DNA of 64,000 nucleotides from Phoronis australis. Its lineage: Eukaryota > Animalia > Phoronida. The notes under the pieces are model-generated. The model was not told the origin of the DNA. It did not search any database and worked only from the letters and a program-made list of their open reading frames with translations. Both the position numbers and the translations under genes were made by a program. Shown here in pieces: positions 41,828 to 55,942 of the stretch. Location: positions 209,812 to 273,811 of the forward strand of contig NMRA01000565.1 of the NCBI GenBank assembly GCA_002633005.1. The letters run 5' to 3'. Position 1 is the stretch's first letter, and each line of letters starts with the position of its first letter.

Positions 41828-44225
41828 AATAAACACTTATTTTGAGTTGCACAGAAGTAGAACAGAAAGTGCCAAAAATAACTTTCTTACTGAAGATGGG
41901 TTTCATCCACTTTTCTTGCATTCAGGGATGGGTTAAGAAATTCGCCACGAGAACGAATATGATAAGATACTATTCGACGTCCGACAGCCATATTTTTACG
42001 CCAAGATCAGTGGAAACATTTCACAAGAGAAATAGCGTCACCTATTGACAGGCGGTCAACATCCGTGCCGTTCACGAATTCCCTTTGTTTTGAGTCCACG
42101 AACGTTGTGGAGAAGCGAAGCACGTGAGTTTGCAATGAGACAAAATTCAACCAACAAGTAAATGGAGCTTTTATGCCTTTCGGAGGTGTGCAAAGATACA
42201 CGAAGTATGAACCTGTGTTCACATTTAATGTAGTTGAACACTTTTGTGAGGTAGCCCCGCACGGGGTCCGTAGTCTCACATGAAAATGGAACGAAGACAT
42301 TTGTACCTGTTGTGACATTTGGAAAGGCATGGAACGCGAAAGCTCGTCAAAATATGTATTAAACAATTCCTGAAGAAAGTACTATCTCGCAACGTCTAAC
42401 CCTGAGTTATTCACTTTCCCCTGTGAAGACATTTCGAGAAAAATAAAAATATCCACTATTTTTAAAATACTCGTTTAGGGAAAAATCTATAGTCACCACA
42501 GAGTTTCTAATCTGTTTCCCACTGACAAATGTGCGCATGTGCTTACAGTCATTCGATAAATAACTGACTGACGAGATGGGTGTTTTAAATGACGGATTAT
42601 GTGTGATTGCACTCCGACTTTGAGGTCGACAGCACGGTATGAGGCAAGGCAGTAAAGCAAGCGATTTCCCCAAAACAATTCCAATTGTATTTTAAAAAAT
42701 ACCTGAATACTACGATTCACTTATGACTAACTTTAAAGACTTGAGAATTGCAATAATTGCCGCTTTTACCGGACTTAACACTGCATTGAGTTGCAAGCGT
42801 TTTTTTCACATCAAAGGTATATACATAATATATGAGGGAATTACCTACGTCTATGTTTTACCAAATAAGGCGACGTGCTTTGCCTTGTGGGAGAAAATCG
42901 ACGAAGTGACGAGAAGTTGACAGATCGTTCTTTTTTAAATTCGAAGCTAAACATCAACAGAAGTTCTTTTAGTTTACGAATGAACCTCAAAAATACCCAG
43001 TGAACAAGATGAAGTCTGTTTCAGTGCCAGAGGACCGCTTTGAATTATGCAACTGAATTTGAGTTTGGCGTTCCAGACCTCTTTAAGGAACCACTTAGCA
43101 CTTATCCAATGATAGACCAAATAGATAATAATGCAAATATTTCAATTTGTTTTCCTCTATTGCACATACAACTTCGCCAAGTTTACTTACTATGACAAAT
43201 TTCAGATATACGGAGTTTGGCACTTGGTTGTGTAATTAAAACTACGGAAAAAGTGCTTGTGCAAAACAGCGGTTATGACCCGCACCTTGAGCACTACAGG
43301 TACTTTTGAAAGACGCCCTGGCCAACATATCTGTTATTTCTGACTAGTGCAAAGGACCATAGCAAACTTGTCTTATAGTGTATTTGTAAACAAGTGAAAT
43401 GTTTCATGAATGCGATTACAAAAAACTATTTAATGCAACGTAAAATTTAAAATCGCGTCCAATCCACGACTTTCTTTAATTTACTACACTGTTTCTAGGC
43501 ACTTGTTCTGCATTCATCCGTCAGTTTACATACTCATCGGCATGGCAACAGATATATGAATGAGCCCAAACCCAGGCCGAAAGCTTGGACGAATCCGCGA
43601 ATATCGCTAAACATTCTTGTATATTTCTTTAACATGGAATATCTGTTTGGAAACCTTATTTTACACACAGGTATGAAAAATAAGAGCAACACCCCTCGAG
43701 TTTACTGAAAATGCTTTTGCTCTGAAAAAGAACACTGGACGGTGTCACTAAAGTGCAACTATTTTTGACAATTTGTTATAAAATTACAAAAACATAAGGG
43801 ATTTTCTCGTTTTGTAGTAACTTAGAAGTCTGTTCCATTCAGTCAAGAAATGCGTTTTCTGTCATAAAATCGATGTCTCCTAAAAGTACACAGCACTATA
43901 CATACATGTAAGCTATTCATTGAGAGTTAAGCGTTACTAAATTGGCGTCTACAGGCGCACAGATTACGTGGAATATGCAGCTAACTATCTGATATGAATG
44001 GCCAACATGATTTCGTAGACGGATACAGGGGAAGAGTTGCAAACTCCACATCATGATGCTGAAAATTTGAGAGGATTGAAGGACACACAATTTAGTGCAG
44101 CAATCGTTCCCGCGTATTGGAGGACAGTACAGACTTGGCCAAATCTCAGTTGAATCGCAGCGCCAACGTCTTCCTTGGTTCAACACAGATACAGTAGCAT
44201 TGACTGAGTTAATGAGTATCTGCTA

Positions 44226-44503
44226 TCATCTTTGAGCAGGGCTCGTCATAAACTCGTACTCGCTTTCGTTATCTTCTACACTTATACCGTCCAGTTTCTC
44301 ATACTCTTCCTGTGAATACCCCTCCCCATTTTCCAGTCCTTCATAAACGGAGGCTTGTGTCACGTTGAAGTACGCCGGGTCCTCAAGTTGTAAATAGACA
44401 GGGGATTGCAATTCTGAGTAGGCTTCATTTTCTTGACCCTGCTCAGGTGGATTCACCGTCTTTATCTTTTCCAACATAATTCCATTGTGGCCGAGAGGCA
44501 CTC
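44226..44503 (-). CDS. Copy B last exon, Tyr-motif tail (AYSEL, AYFNV, SVYEGL, EYEKL, EYEFM)
   Basis: Homologous to 7958-8253; frame preserved. Confidence 0.8.
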
Positions 44504-44574
44504 CTGTCAAAGTATAGTGTTGTGTGTAGCGTATAATGGAATATTCCAAAATTTCACAATGAAACCAAAACCAG

Positions 44575-44977
44575 GGCCCAGTCTCCAGAATCTTTTTACT
44601 CGAAATGGAACTCGAAATTAGGTTTGGCATTTTCTACTCTACTTTTGGGCGAACTCAAGATAAGTGTCTATTATTCTATGCTCCAGTACACAATAACTTA
44701 CGTATATAGTTTATTGCCCTTAGTTCACATTTTGTAAACCCAATATTAAAGCAGTAAGTTCGAGTTTGAACTCGAAATTTCGAGTTTTTACTCGAGTTTG
44801 TAGCACGAATATAAGGGTCTTCAAGGGCAAACTTGAATTAGAAACTCCTATGCATAAACTATAATGTATTCGAGCACAGTCTGATTACCAATTGTCTTAA
44901 GTTCGCACAAAAGGAGCAAAGAAATTGCCGAAAATAGTTTCGAGTTCGTTTCGAGTACAAAGATTAGAGACCGGGCC
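44575..44977. mobile_element. MITE, PIF/Harbinger-like
   Basis: TIR ggcccagtctc / gagaccgggcc, CAG 3-bp TSD, empty site in copy A (~8322); related diverged fragment at ~5490-5720. Confidence 0.7.
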
Positions 44978-46447
44978 CAGAAATCCATTCTCTGAATATA
45001 GCTTGACTATGGTGGACGTTATACCGTTGCATTTTAGAAAGGTTGTTGTCTTAATTCAAACTTTACTTGTGTTCGGCAGTGTAAGATCTTTCGGTTACAG
45101 CACATTTGTGTTAAAGATAAAGCTATAATTAACATTTTACGGTTCGTAACGAAACTTTGGCACAAATTTATAGAGTATTCTGTATAGTAATCGAAAAGAT
45201 CACGCATATGGAAGTTTTTAGCGAGGTTTCGAAAACATAACTGATATGAGAGCGGCTGTGGTGAAAACACTTACCTATTAGCCTTGATGCCAAGTCGTCA
45301 ATGGAAAGTTCCTCCATAGAGTTTGTTGCAAGCTTTTCTTCGCCGACTCCTGGACGAGCAGGTCTACACACTCGCAATCTCAATGACTCGAGCAAAGTAC
45401 ATGTAACAACGTCTTTATCTAAAATTGAGGTTTGATTTTGAATAAGGAATTAAAAGAAGCAAAAGACAATTTTTAAGGAAGAAATAAAATTGAGAAAATG
45501 AAATGTAATTTTGCTTACCAGTTCTCCCGCATGCAGCACTTGCAAACTCCGTTTCAACCTAAAAATACAAATTTCCATATTAATTCTCGATCCAAAGATT
45601 CAGCTTTTCACAGTCGTTGCTGCACACTGAACTTGGACGAAATTGTTTCAGTTTTGCTTCCTTTATCTTCCTCAAGCGACGCTATAGCGACTCGGTTGCG
45701 CTTTGATATGCAACTACGTTGCAAGACCATCGCAGACGCGAGATTGAAAGTCTAGTGTGATGATTAGATAGTACAACCGTCTCAACCGGCCCCAGTAGTG
45801 ACCATGGGAATCCCGCAGGGCCACCATACATGTACATGTATGTCGGCAGCGGCTTTACGAATTATGCATCACACTGATGAAATCATCAACGACACGTTGG
45901 GGTCAGAACATTCAGTGCACAGAGAGGCACCTTAGGAATCCATTGATGTCTGTTTAAATATATCAGCGAAGTTAGATGAATTTTCAAGCTCCAAACCATG
46001 TATAGCAGGAACTCAACGACATCGCTACTTGAATATCATCTACGCTAAACAAAATGTAATTCTATCCATGGACAACTTGTAAGTTGAAAATAAAAAATTC
46101 TGCAAATAGGTGACCTTTCTACTAATGACGTATCTTGGACGCTCACATAACCCGCATCATACAATGTTATTCTCCTCCACGATACTTACTGGACACAGTT
46201 GAGTGATTTACTGCAAAAAATTTTCCATATTAACTCGTACTTAAAAGCATTTGGAATTTTTCAACCTACTTCAAATAGTCACTATGTGTTGTGTTTCTAA
46301 ATTATTTGACCAAGCAATCACAGGGATAAGGACATAGCGTGGAAGTCCCACTTTAAAATTCTTCTCAGCAGATCGGACATACTCCCACAATCGAATATTT
46401 GTTTAGTTCAGTTGCCCAAATCGGCAACTGGTCACGTTTACAGTAGG

Positions 46448-46687
46448 CATGCGCGCACCCAGGGGAGGGGGGGGTCGGGCCCCCCGATTTGGCGAAATGG
46501 GCAAAAAAGTCCGCCCCTGAGAGACAAAAAGTCCGAGAAACTGGGACAAAAGTCCATTTAATAAGCGCAAACGCGCACTTCATAGTGGTGATCCCGTTTT
46601 TTTTAATCCGCCCGCTGTTTTGTTAGTAAAAAAGTCCACGACGTCAAGAATTCGAGCCCCCCATATTGAAGGCTGGGTGCGCGCATG
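46448..46687. mobile_element. MITE with catgcgcgcacccag TIRs and 5-bp TSD (gtagg)
   Basis: Perfect TIR and TSD; absent in copy A; related element nested at ~62457-62601. Confidence 0.75.
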
Positions 46688-49600
46688 GTAGGCAACTGGA
46701 CAAAGTGCTGTTCGAAAAAAGTTTGATTGCGTGAGTATTTGTTTGAGCAGGAATAGTTTATCAGTGGTCTCCTAAGATGTCCTCTAGGACTATGCAGTGC
46801 AAAAGGTTCTTATAGTAACATGACTTTGATGGTTTAACCAGTGTGAGGCATAATTCGTCGAAAACGATCCGACATATCGCGGCCCTGTGTGGCGATTACC
46901 GTCTTTAGTGGGGCCAGGTGAAACGACGGTACTGTCTAGTAAGATCACGTGCTTAACTTGAAAATTACGTGGCAATACCTCACGAAAGTTTGCATGAGCT
47001 TGAGTTTTCGAGTTCCTTGGGTCAACAAAACACAGCCCCGGTATCCACCACGCTCATTCGGTTCCATATTCGTAATTTTTCGCACGACGTTATATTGTGC
47101 ACATATAAGCTTAGCTGACATGTAGGAATCAGTTTGCATGACAATGTCACACGGAAAGAGAAGAATTAACTTTGGCGAATGAGCATAGTATCAACTGCCA
47201 TCGTATTTACATGGGACGATTTAAACCTGGAACAACTGGCGCCCAAATTCAGTGTAATGAAAACGAGACATCTTAAAATATTTTTTCAGGGTATGGGCAG
47301 GAATTGATCTCAAAATCAGCTTGACGCAAAGATAAAACAGTGATAAAACGTTCCAGTGCGGAAAATACCTTCACACTATGCAAAAGTACGCTGATCTTAC
47401 AATGCTGTTTGCTTCCCTTCCATCGGTCCTCACCGCCCTGAAATGAGTATAACATTCTATTTTTTGCTTTAAATTGCCAGGGGAGGTCACGGATGTCACC
47501 TCTTTTCCTCCGGTCGCTATCGAACTCACGTTCCACCGTCCCTTAGTTGTCACCGATGTCACGCTGCCCCATCCTGTCGCCACCAATTTCTGCGCTCTGG
47601 TATCCCCTATTTACTTCATACGCCAACACTGGCGTATTGATCTTACTTAGATCCGACCAGTCCCCCAAAATGAAGAATGAGAACGGAAAAGGTTTGACGA
47701 AAACTTTAGGAACGACACTGGCAGTGACTGCCACGAATAGTAGTCGGTTGTTCATTGGAGTTGTTTTGAGTAGATAAAGTTCAGAAATTTAGTCTTTGCT
47801 CCTAAGAAGCCGAGGCTAAATTTCTACCTGGTTACAGACGTTGCATCTTCAAAGCACTACCTTGTTAAGTGGGGAATTTTTGGCACGAATGCAAGAACCC
47901 CTTAGATAAGTGGAAATGGGCAAAAATCTGTTTGGTAATGACATATTTTAACTTGAATGTCTGGAATGTGGAGTGCAGGAACAAGTGGATTCTGGTCTCC
48001 TGTCTTTCACTGCGGCAGTCGTGAACTTGTGATTTTAGGTACATTGAAAAAGGTCAAATGTCTTGGTATTTTCTGTATTTCATCGGACATCGAAACTTAA
48101 AGAGACGCGACTTTGCTGAATTTCTTCTTCGAGAAATCCCGCTGTGTGTGCTTTATTTAAGTTGTGCCTTTTTCCAGATGTCTTGAGACAAGGTGCACAC
48201 GCGGACTTTTATTGACCCAAGAGCAGTGATAACATTAAAATCATCCAGTTCCAATGTGGTCTTTGTCCTCATCTTCACAAGTAACCAGATGTGACATTTT
48301 CAGGTGAAAAAGCATTATGTTATATTGCAATATCGGTCTCAAAACCAATGCCACTCGACTATATGCCTGCTTTTAATAACTTCTTTCTGCCTTTCCTTTT
48401 CGTAAATTGTCCATTTTTAGGACTATTTTTGAGCAGACTCACAAAATATATTCGATTTCGACGTCACGTTTGGCAGTTTTGGGTAAACGAGGCGGTCTAG
48501 TGACGTAGTAGCTCTCACGCCATGGGTACAACCCATTAGCAGACCACTGACTGCACTAATTTTTGTTGCAACAAAACTTTTGTTAAAATATATTGAGCGA
48601 CGCACATATACCTGGCGCACGAAAAATGGTTGTTGTGTTTACCAGCAACGCTTGGACACTTGCGAGCCATGGAACGCTTGGCCATATTGCTCACAAAAGT
48701 CACGCACCAACACTCTTGCATAGATGCCAACCACCTCTCCATCGACACCAAGTGTGGGAAAGGTCTCATGTGATTTTGTCACCCGGTCTAAACGCCGTTA
48801 CTCCCTCCAAGATACACATAAGTTACTGCGTTACATTGAGTTCAAAAATTGAGTTCAGAATCGGAGGGTTAGAAATGACCAGCTTCAAAGTAAGACGACA
48901 TTAGAACGAAGATGTTCATTAAGCCACAAATAACGCTTTAATTCTAATTCAGAGAAAACAAACCGCTGTACCTACATGTATTTCACATTTTTATCGGGAC
49001 CACAAAATTAAGTCACAGACTCCAACAATCGCCTTTGTGGGAACTAAATGGCTTAACTGAAGAGCTATGTTACTAAAACAATACGCAACACAACTTGGTT
49101 TAGTTTTCGGACTTTTTCCTCTTCGGCATCTGCTAAGATTTCTGAAGTTACAGAAAAAAGTTCGTGAAATAAGCTCACCGTGTTGTTTTTACCAGTGACA
49201 ACGTATGCGCTGGATGCAACTTCCGATGTCTGATGTGAAGATGGCCGCTCCGGTCGTTTGGCACATGATCGGCAAATACTAAACAAGAAAGTATGCCCTC
49301 CAGTTAAACTTTAATACAGAGAACACATATCACACTATTATTTTCAGCCATTGCAACGTTCATCATTCATCCATGAGATCAGGAAGAGATAACCAGGAAG
49401 GGACAACTGTTTTAGCGCATTTTAACGTGATTTCAAACGTGATTTTAAAAGTAAATGTTCAAGTTATCTGGAATCCAAGCATTATTTTTGAAAGATTAAC
49501 TCTTTAGCTATAAAATGACACCACTTTGGTACTCAAAGACTGCATATTACTGGCACTGGGATGCTTTGAACGTGACATGTTTACCCTTCCAAAAGATGCT

Positions 49601-51434
49601 TGTTCCCAGGCATGTACTCGGGCATGAGCCTCTTTTTTGAACCAACAGATGTCACTAACATATGCAAATGAGGCTCGCATCGCTACGTCATACGACGTCA
49701 TACGGCGCGAGCTTCCAACGTCAGGTGCCTATAGTGTATGACTTGAAACGCAGTCATAGTCTACTTGATCGGGTATATCCTAGTATGATTCCAAGAAAAC
49801 TAAGAACTCACCCAAGTCAATGTTCAAAGAACATTGAGTATGGTTTCACATGAAAATACAATTAATTGTATTTGGTCCGCTTGCGTGTGTGTATGCGTGG
49901 ACTTTGTCATTTTGCTTCAATCCAGATTTAAAAGCAGAAATTCAGTAGCGGTAGCCCTAAGCCACGGTGGCCGGTGTCGTGGCGGTCCCCGGGAGGTCTG
50001 ATCCATGCACGTGCAATTCGATGAACTAATGCTAGTCGCTGGTCAGCTCCGCTACGATTCATTTGAGACGTGCGGCTTAGCTCGAACCTATGCCCGTGTT
50101 CTGGCACCAAAGATCGTTTTTTGATCCCCAACGGTTTCGGGAAAAGTTCATTTTAACAGGGTCATTCCCTGAAGAATTTTTTGAAAGGTATGGTCCCCGA
50201 AGTCCTTGGCCTATAGAGCTTATCAAAATTCCTTGTTGAAACACGGCCACTTGTCCAGATTCTGCCGGGCGGCNTCATTTTAATAGGGTCATTCCCTGAA
50301 GATTTTTTTGAAAGGTATGGTCCCCGAAGTCCTTGGCGTATAGAGCTCATTAAAATTCCTTGTTGAAACACGGCCACTTGTCCAGCTTCTGCCGGGCGGC
50401 TGGGGAAAATGAACGTGTGTCCCAAAAATGTACACACTTCAACGCCTGCACTTCAAGTTCATTTCTCGTCAATCACTGGCCGCGGATTCTACGCCGGTCT
50501 AATGCATGACTACACCTTATTTTTAACGTGGGTACGTAACTGAGTCATGACGTGCCCAGCCTGTGCAGTATGCACGGAAATGGCAAGCAAACGATTCGGT
50601 TTAGAAGAGCCACTAAAATTCATTGCACAATACTACTGTGACAAGGAAATACAAAGACAATCTTTACAAATTTATGAACAATGACTTGAACTTATTTTTC
50701 GATCTACGGTTTACAATTTTTTAAATTTCACTAGTCTAGTTTTTGATTCAATAAAGCATTTAGAGCTGACATTCATGAACTTATCACTGTCATCGTTATT
50801 GTACTTCATTGCGACATGGTGGTCTGATGATTAGTAGAATTTTCCCAAGTCAGCCTTCAACAAAGTTCAGTGACGCATCGTCATTTCTTACAAGGTAACT
50901 TCTGTGCTGTGCACTAATGTTTTGTGTTTTTGATGAATTTGGAATCTCAACTTCCACTCGTGAGTAGTTGGCAGAGACATGTCGGAGGTGTATAGAGGCA
51001 CAGGGCACAGCACTGTAAAAAGTGGTGGCTAAANCCTATAAGGACCATATGCAGCGTAGCACTGAAAAAAGTGGGGCTATAGCCCTCCCGCCAGCGCCCT
51101 ATGGTGCGCTGCCCATTGACCAAACGGTCAATTCTCCCGAACCGCCCCACCGAGAGTGGATCCCGTCTAAAGTGGTATGATAGACTAAAAATCATTAAGC
51201 TTGGGAAAGAGTGACAGTTGATTCTTTCACACGTCGTGTAACTCAGCAAGAAATGACATTCCTCAATATGAAAGCCGCTTGTGCGATTTCACAAGAACAG
51301 GAAAATAGAAGTAATCACTGAATTCCAACATTGGGCCCTCTCTGCGTGAACGGCCCTTTAATAATTTGTCACTAAACACACGAAAAAGGTGGTCACTTAA
51401 ATGTCACCAATGTCCCCCTTCAAGGACTGCTTAA

Positions 51435-53119
51435 AGGCGAAGGCAACCTTTTTCCATGTCATTTTGATCTAAAATAAGGTTGGTTGGTTATCCTAGACAT
51501 ATTTTCCACTTAATTACAGCTTTTCTTAATTTTATTAATTACTCATCCGCTACCCCGGAAGTGACGTTTTAGGATGCAAGCATTTCGCGACAATTTCTAT
51601 TCACATAGTCTGACTGTGAGAGCTGACGAGTCAGTCATTGTTCTACCTCGGTTGTGTTGAGTTCCAACGTCTTTTGCTTTCATTTACTAGTCAGTCAACA
51701 TGCCACACTGTTGCTGCGTACCAGGATGTACTAATTATCGGCTCACGCGCGCTTTAGGGAGTACCTTTGCATTGCTTTCCGATGGATGACACACTTCGCC
51801 GTACTTGACTCGTTAGTGTGAAGAACGCAGCGTTACCCGCCCACGCAACGTACAAAGCAGTGGAGAATTACAGTGTGTGTGGTAAGCACTTTCTGCCGTC
51901 CGATTACGAAAGGGATTTGTACGCTGAACTGATGAAGGTCCCTGCGAAACAATGTCTGAAGAAGGATGTCATTCCGTCTGTGTTGATTCCCGGCAGTGCC
52001 CCGTCGCCACCCCCGAGAAGTGCGTTTTTGAAGCGAGAAGCCTCGCGAGTTGTGGCCAGTACAGTGACTAGAGCCAGTGGAGGCACTGTCACCCTGCCTC
52101 CGAACGTACCCCGAGAGCGTGGAATTCCTGGAACCAGTAGTGATTCGCCCTGTGCTGTTTTCTCCAGCCCAGAGCCTCTAAGCAGCCCTGCAGCGATATT
52201 GAGTAGTGGGAGTGATTACAGGCTCAGTTCGACACCCAGTGAAGAGGACAGTTCGTCGTCCAGTGAACAGATCGGTGAGCCAAATTTTGATAAGTTTATT
52301 GTGGACTTGTCTAAAGTGTTGGAGCTATTTAGAAGGTGCCAGGTGTGTGGCGAGGGAGTCACACGACACGATGTAAGCAGTTTGGGTGCTCAGGTCACCA
52401 TCCAGTGGGAGTGTGTCGCGGGACACTCTGGCAAGTGGGACAGTTGTTCCTCTGTCCGTGGTATGCCGGAGGTCCACTTAACCATGTCCAGTAGTGGCTT
52501 GGCCTCGTCGAACTCTGAACAGCACAAGCATTCCATTGAGGTAGGCATAACAACGCACACAGTGCATTTGCACCAAGATGTGTCACCACGTCTGTCCTCA
52601 GTAGCCGCCTCGTTTCTCTCAACAGCTGCCTGTGCCTGTGCGTACTCTGCCTCGTTATACTCGGGCTCAAACATGTACCCACCCACTGAATGTCCGTGAA
52701 AAAATTCCTCGTCACCACTGCTGTGAACAAGGTCTCCGTCACTCACACTACTGTCACTGTGATACGGGTCACCGACTCCAGCCATTTTCAGCTTACAACA
52801 CACTAAACAATCCCTAAATCCAACGTAGTTGAGTTCTCTACTAACCTATCTTGCCGCAGAATACTCGCCGATGGAAAGTGGTGGCGACAATTGTTGAAAA
52901 ACAGCACAAAACAAAAGTAGAATAGAACAGATTCGTACGGTAAAGTCAACGCAAAACCAAGTGGCGGGAAACGCTTGCCTCCTAAAACGTCACTTCCGGA
53001 GTAGCGGACGAGTAATTTATAAAATTAAGAAAAGCTGTAATTAAGTGGAAAATATGTCTAGGATAACCAACCAACCTTATTTTAGCTCAAAATGAAATGG
53101 AAAAAGGTTGCCTTCGCCT
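51435..53119 (+). mobile_element. Internally deleted Kolobok transposon: THAP-transposase 5' part (+) convergent with KolX/P2X7-C-terminal-like 5' part (-)
   Basis: TTAA TSD, ~150-bp TIRs (aggcgaaggcaac...); MPHCCCVPGC..VCGKHF..LKKDVIPS THAP; GYMFEP..WCKCTVCVVMPTSMECLCCSE on the minus strand; absent from copy A. Confidence 0.85.
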
Positions 53120-54440
53120 TTAAGAAATATAATTATGACAGTGCTAAATGTAGCTGTGTGCGATTTTTGCCGAAATATCTAACGTTAAACTTACAGCAGG
53201 CCCGGGATATGCTTGAGAGCCACAAAGTGTGCTAAAATGGTAAAAAGTTAGGCGTAACATTTCTATAGGAGATAAAAGGTTGATTACCGCAGAAGGCCGA
53301 TGTCTTAAATGCCCAGAAAAAATTAGGAAGGCAAGGTGACTTGCCAAGAAAACGGCAGTCGGGGCACTCTAAAGGAAAGTACTTCAATCAATTCCAATTA
53401 TCCGGTGCAACTTCTCTCACTCGACGGTGTTGTTTCACGACACCGCAATCTCCCAAAAAAACGAANAACCAATTCCAATTATCCGGTGCAACTTCTCTCA
53501 CTCGACGGTGTTGTTTCACGACACCGCAACCTCCCAAAAAAAAACGAAACGCGGAGGGTGAGATATTACAGAGTACAACTAGCAATGATTTGACAGTTGA
53601 GCTTGAGAAAACCCAGTGTTGAGCTATCTTTTATTAAAGACGTTAAATTTTCCGTTGAGAATCTGACTGAAGTCATAGATGAATGCGACGGGAAGGATAT
53701 CGAGGAGTACACGGAGAGAAAGGAAGCTTTAAAGATTGCTTTCTTTGAAGACCAGGAGCGAAACTGTGAGTAATAAATCAATGAAAATAGCATGGTATAG
53801 ACACAATTAGAAGCTTTCAAACTATTGCGTTTGTGTGCTGTCCATGTTAATACTTATTCTTGGATACAGGTTCCCACCTCAAAATGAATTTCCCACGGTC
53901 GTTCTTTATGCCCATAGCAATTTTTTCGTCAACTGGAATAGAACAGGAATCATAGATCTCTCGCGCGCTCAGTCTATGGTTCTGACACTTCAAACTTTTG
54001 TCAACACGATAGCTAGCCTCAGAAAGTTCGATGTTGACCTAGTTCTAAACTTCTCTGCAACCCACTGTAAGGGGATGAAAACAATTTAAAGTCCGCCCCT
54101 TGAAATAGGGCTTGCTTAGCTGGAATTTAGAACTGCCGTCATGGGAGTGTTTTCACCTCCTGATTGCGAAGCGATCGAGTTAGCTGTGGTATCTTCATCA
54201 GCGCGTGATCTCAGCGGGAGGTCACCGCTTTATCCACTCAAGCGCTCGACACCAACTAAACTTACGAGTCTCAGAACTCCCACATGCAAATTTGATATGC
54301 AAATGAGGGAGTACTTGACTACTGCGCCATCTATACATCGACGGAAAAGCTTAAATACCCGTGACTGCGTGTGGGAAATTGCGATTGCGTGCGCTGAAGT
54401 CGATATTTTCAAAGTACAATTACACCACTGTTTAAGGTTG

Positions 54441-54576
54441 NNNNNNNNNNNNNNNNNNNNNNNNNNNNNNNNNNNNNNNNNNNNNNNNNNNNNNNNNNNN
54501 NNNNNNNNNNNNNNNNNNNNNNNNNNNNNNNNNNNNNNNNNNNNNNNNNNNNNNNNNNNNNNNNNNNNNNNNNNNN
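54441..54576. other. Assembly gap (N run)
   Basis: Run of n. Confidence 0.99.
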
Positions 54577-55278
54577 GTTTTATATGAATTTTTAAATTCA
54601 AATAAAACAGTTTTATATGAATTTAAAAATTCACATATAACTTTCATCTTAAATTTAAAAATTTAAGATGAGAGTTTAGATTGAGTGATTATGGAGATTA
54701 CTATTTTTGCTAACATAACACGGCAAAATAAGTGACATTAACTAGCAACCAAAGTTCAAATCCATCTTCCGCAAGCACACCGAGAAACGATTCCAATAAC
54801 TTTTTTGTCTTTGGGCAGTACACACGGCGCAAACAAATGTTCTTCCTACTAAGACCCGGCGTTTATTTCTTTCAGTCCTACGGGAGGAAAACGCAAGATA
54901 TCGTACAATATGGCAAACGAAAAAAAAAACAACAAAAAATCGCCTTAGCCAACCGTCAGCTCTAAGGCTGTATCGTATCGTATTATTTCGCGATGTTATG
55001 AATGCTTTTACAAACCGTTCGCTACTTTGTTTTTTCCAAGACGGCATCCAGACAATATGGATACCCGGTATATAAAAGCGGTACGCTTCTATTAGAAGAA
55101 TGCCGCTGTAGGAGGGGGCTTCTATTTGATACCCGGCTACTATTAGAAGCTTTATGGTATGTTTCCCAAAACAAACGGCGTTAGCGAGACATAGGAAACT
55201 ATTGGTACGTTTTGACGTGTCTACATATAGTCGTAAATGGCAGTAGCCTCAGTTCCAATCAATGGTTTAAGTAAATAC

Positions 55279-55423
55279 CCGCTTATTCCAGATCCATAGA
55301 GCATGAAGAATTGTTTTCTCATGAGAATCAGTATAATGGCGAGCAACAAAATGAGCACTGCACATACTGAGATGGAAATGCCAACTTTCGCGTCACATGT
55401 CAAGCCTTCGTGTGGACTGGGAA
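55279..55423 (-). CDS. Copy B transmembrane exon
   Basis: VGISISVCAVLILLLAIILILMRK; same 145-nt length and splice sites as copy A. Confidence 0.8.
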
Positions 55424-55464
55424 CTGAAAATACAGATCGGATGCATTATTGCAGAAACTATATT

Positions 55465-55942
55465 ACAAATGTTATTAGTTAGTCTTGGTCTATTTACACC
55501 TACCTCTAGTCAATATACACTGTCACGACGTTTCGGTCGGTCTCTTCTCCGGCCATCGTCAGGTGTTCCCGCGTTCTTAGAAGAACGAGCACGGATACGT
55601 GGTACACTCAAGGCGTGATTTTTTGTGCAAGGCAGGATTTGAACCCACGACTTCTGAAACTACAGATAATTCGAGTCCAGCACCTTAACCACTACACCAC
55701 GGATGGATTTTTATTATACTTAAACCTTCCTAAGTAGACTGAGCCAGGTGTCACTTGGTTGTTTGCTTGGCCACGTATCCGTGCTCGTTCTTCTAAGAAC
55801 GCGGGAACACCTGACGATGGCCGGAGAAGAGACCAACCGAAACGTCGTGACAGAGTATATGGACTAGAGGTCGGTGTAAATAGCCCAAGAGATTTTAATA
55901 ATAGTTGCAATACGCCACCACCTCAGAGCGGTTTTAGGAAGT
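55465..55942 (-). mobile_element. tRNA-headed retroelement with inverted hammerhead-containing (Penelope pLTR-like) arms
   Basis: 13-bp TSD cagaaactatatt (55452-55464, 55943-55955), single site in copy A; 120-bp inverted arms 55483-55602 and 55771-55890; tRNA-like A/B boxes at ~55625-55702(-). Confidence 0.7.
55805..55850 (+). ncRNA. Minimal type I hammerhead ribozyme motif (second copy on the minus strand at ~55523-55568)
   Basis: cac-CTGACGA-t-ggccgg..ccaacc-GAAAC-GTC-gtg: catalytic core CUGANGA/GAAA, stem II, short stem I (cac/gtg), palindromic ACGT stem III. Confidence 0.6.

Noticed and set aside
50156-50400. ~127-bp tandem duplication
   Set aside because: A single N lies at the junction (50274), the typical signature of an unmerged contig overlap; likely an assembly artefact.
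53388-53545. ~79-bp tandem duplication
   Set aside because: A single N at the junction (53466); probably a scaffolding overlap artefact.
55625-55702. Functional tRNA-Ser gene
   Set aside because: Acceptor and anticodon stems pair poorly and it lies inside a TSD-flanked insertion; treated as a retroelement head.
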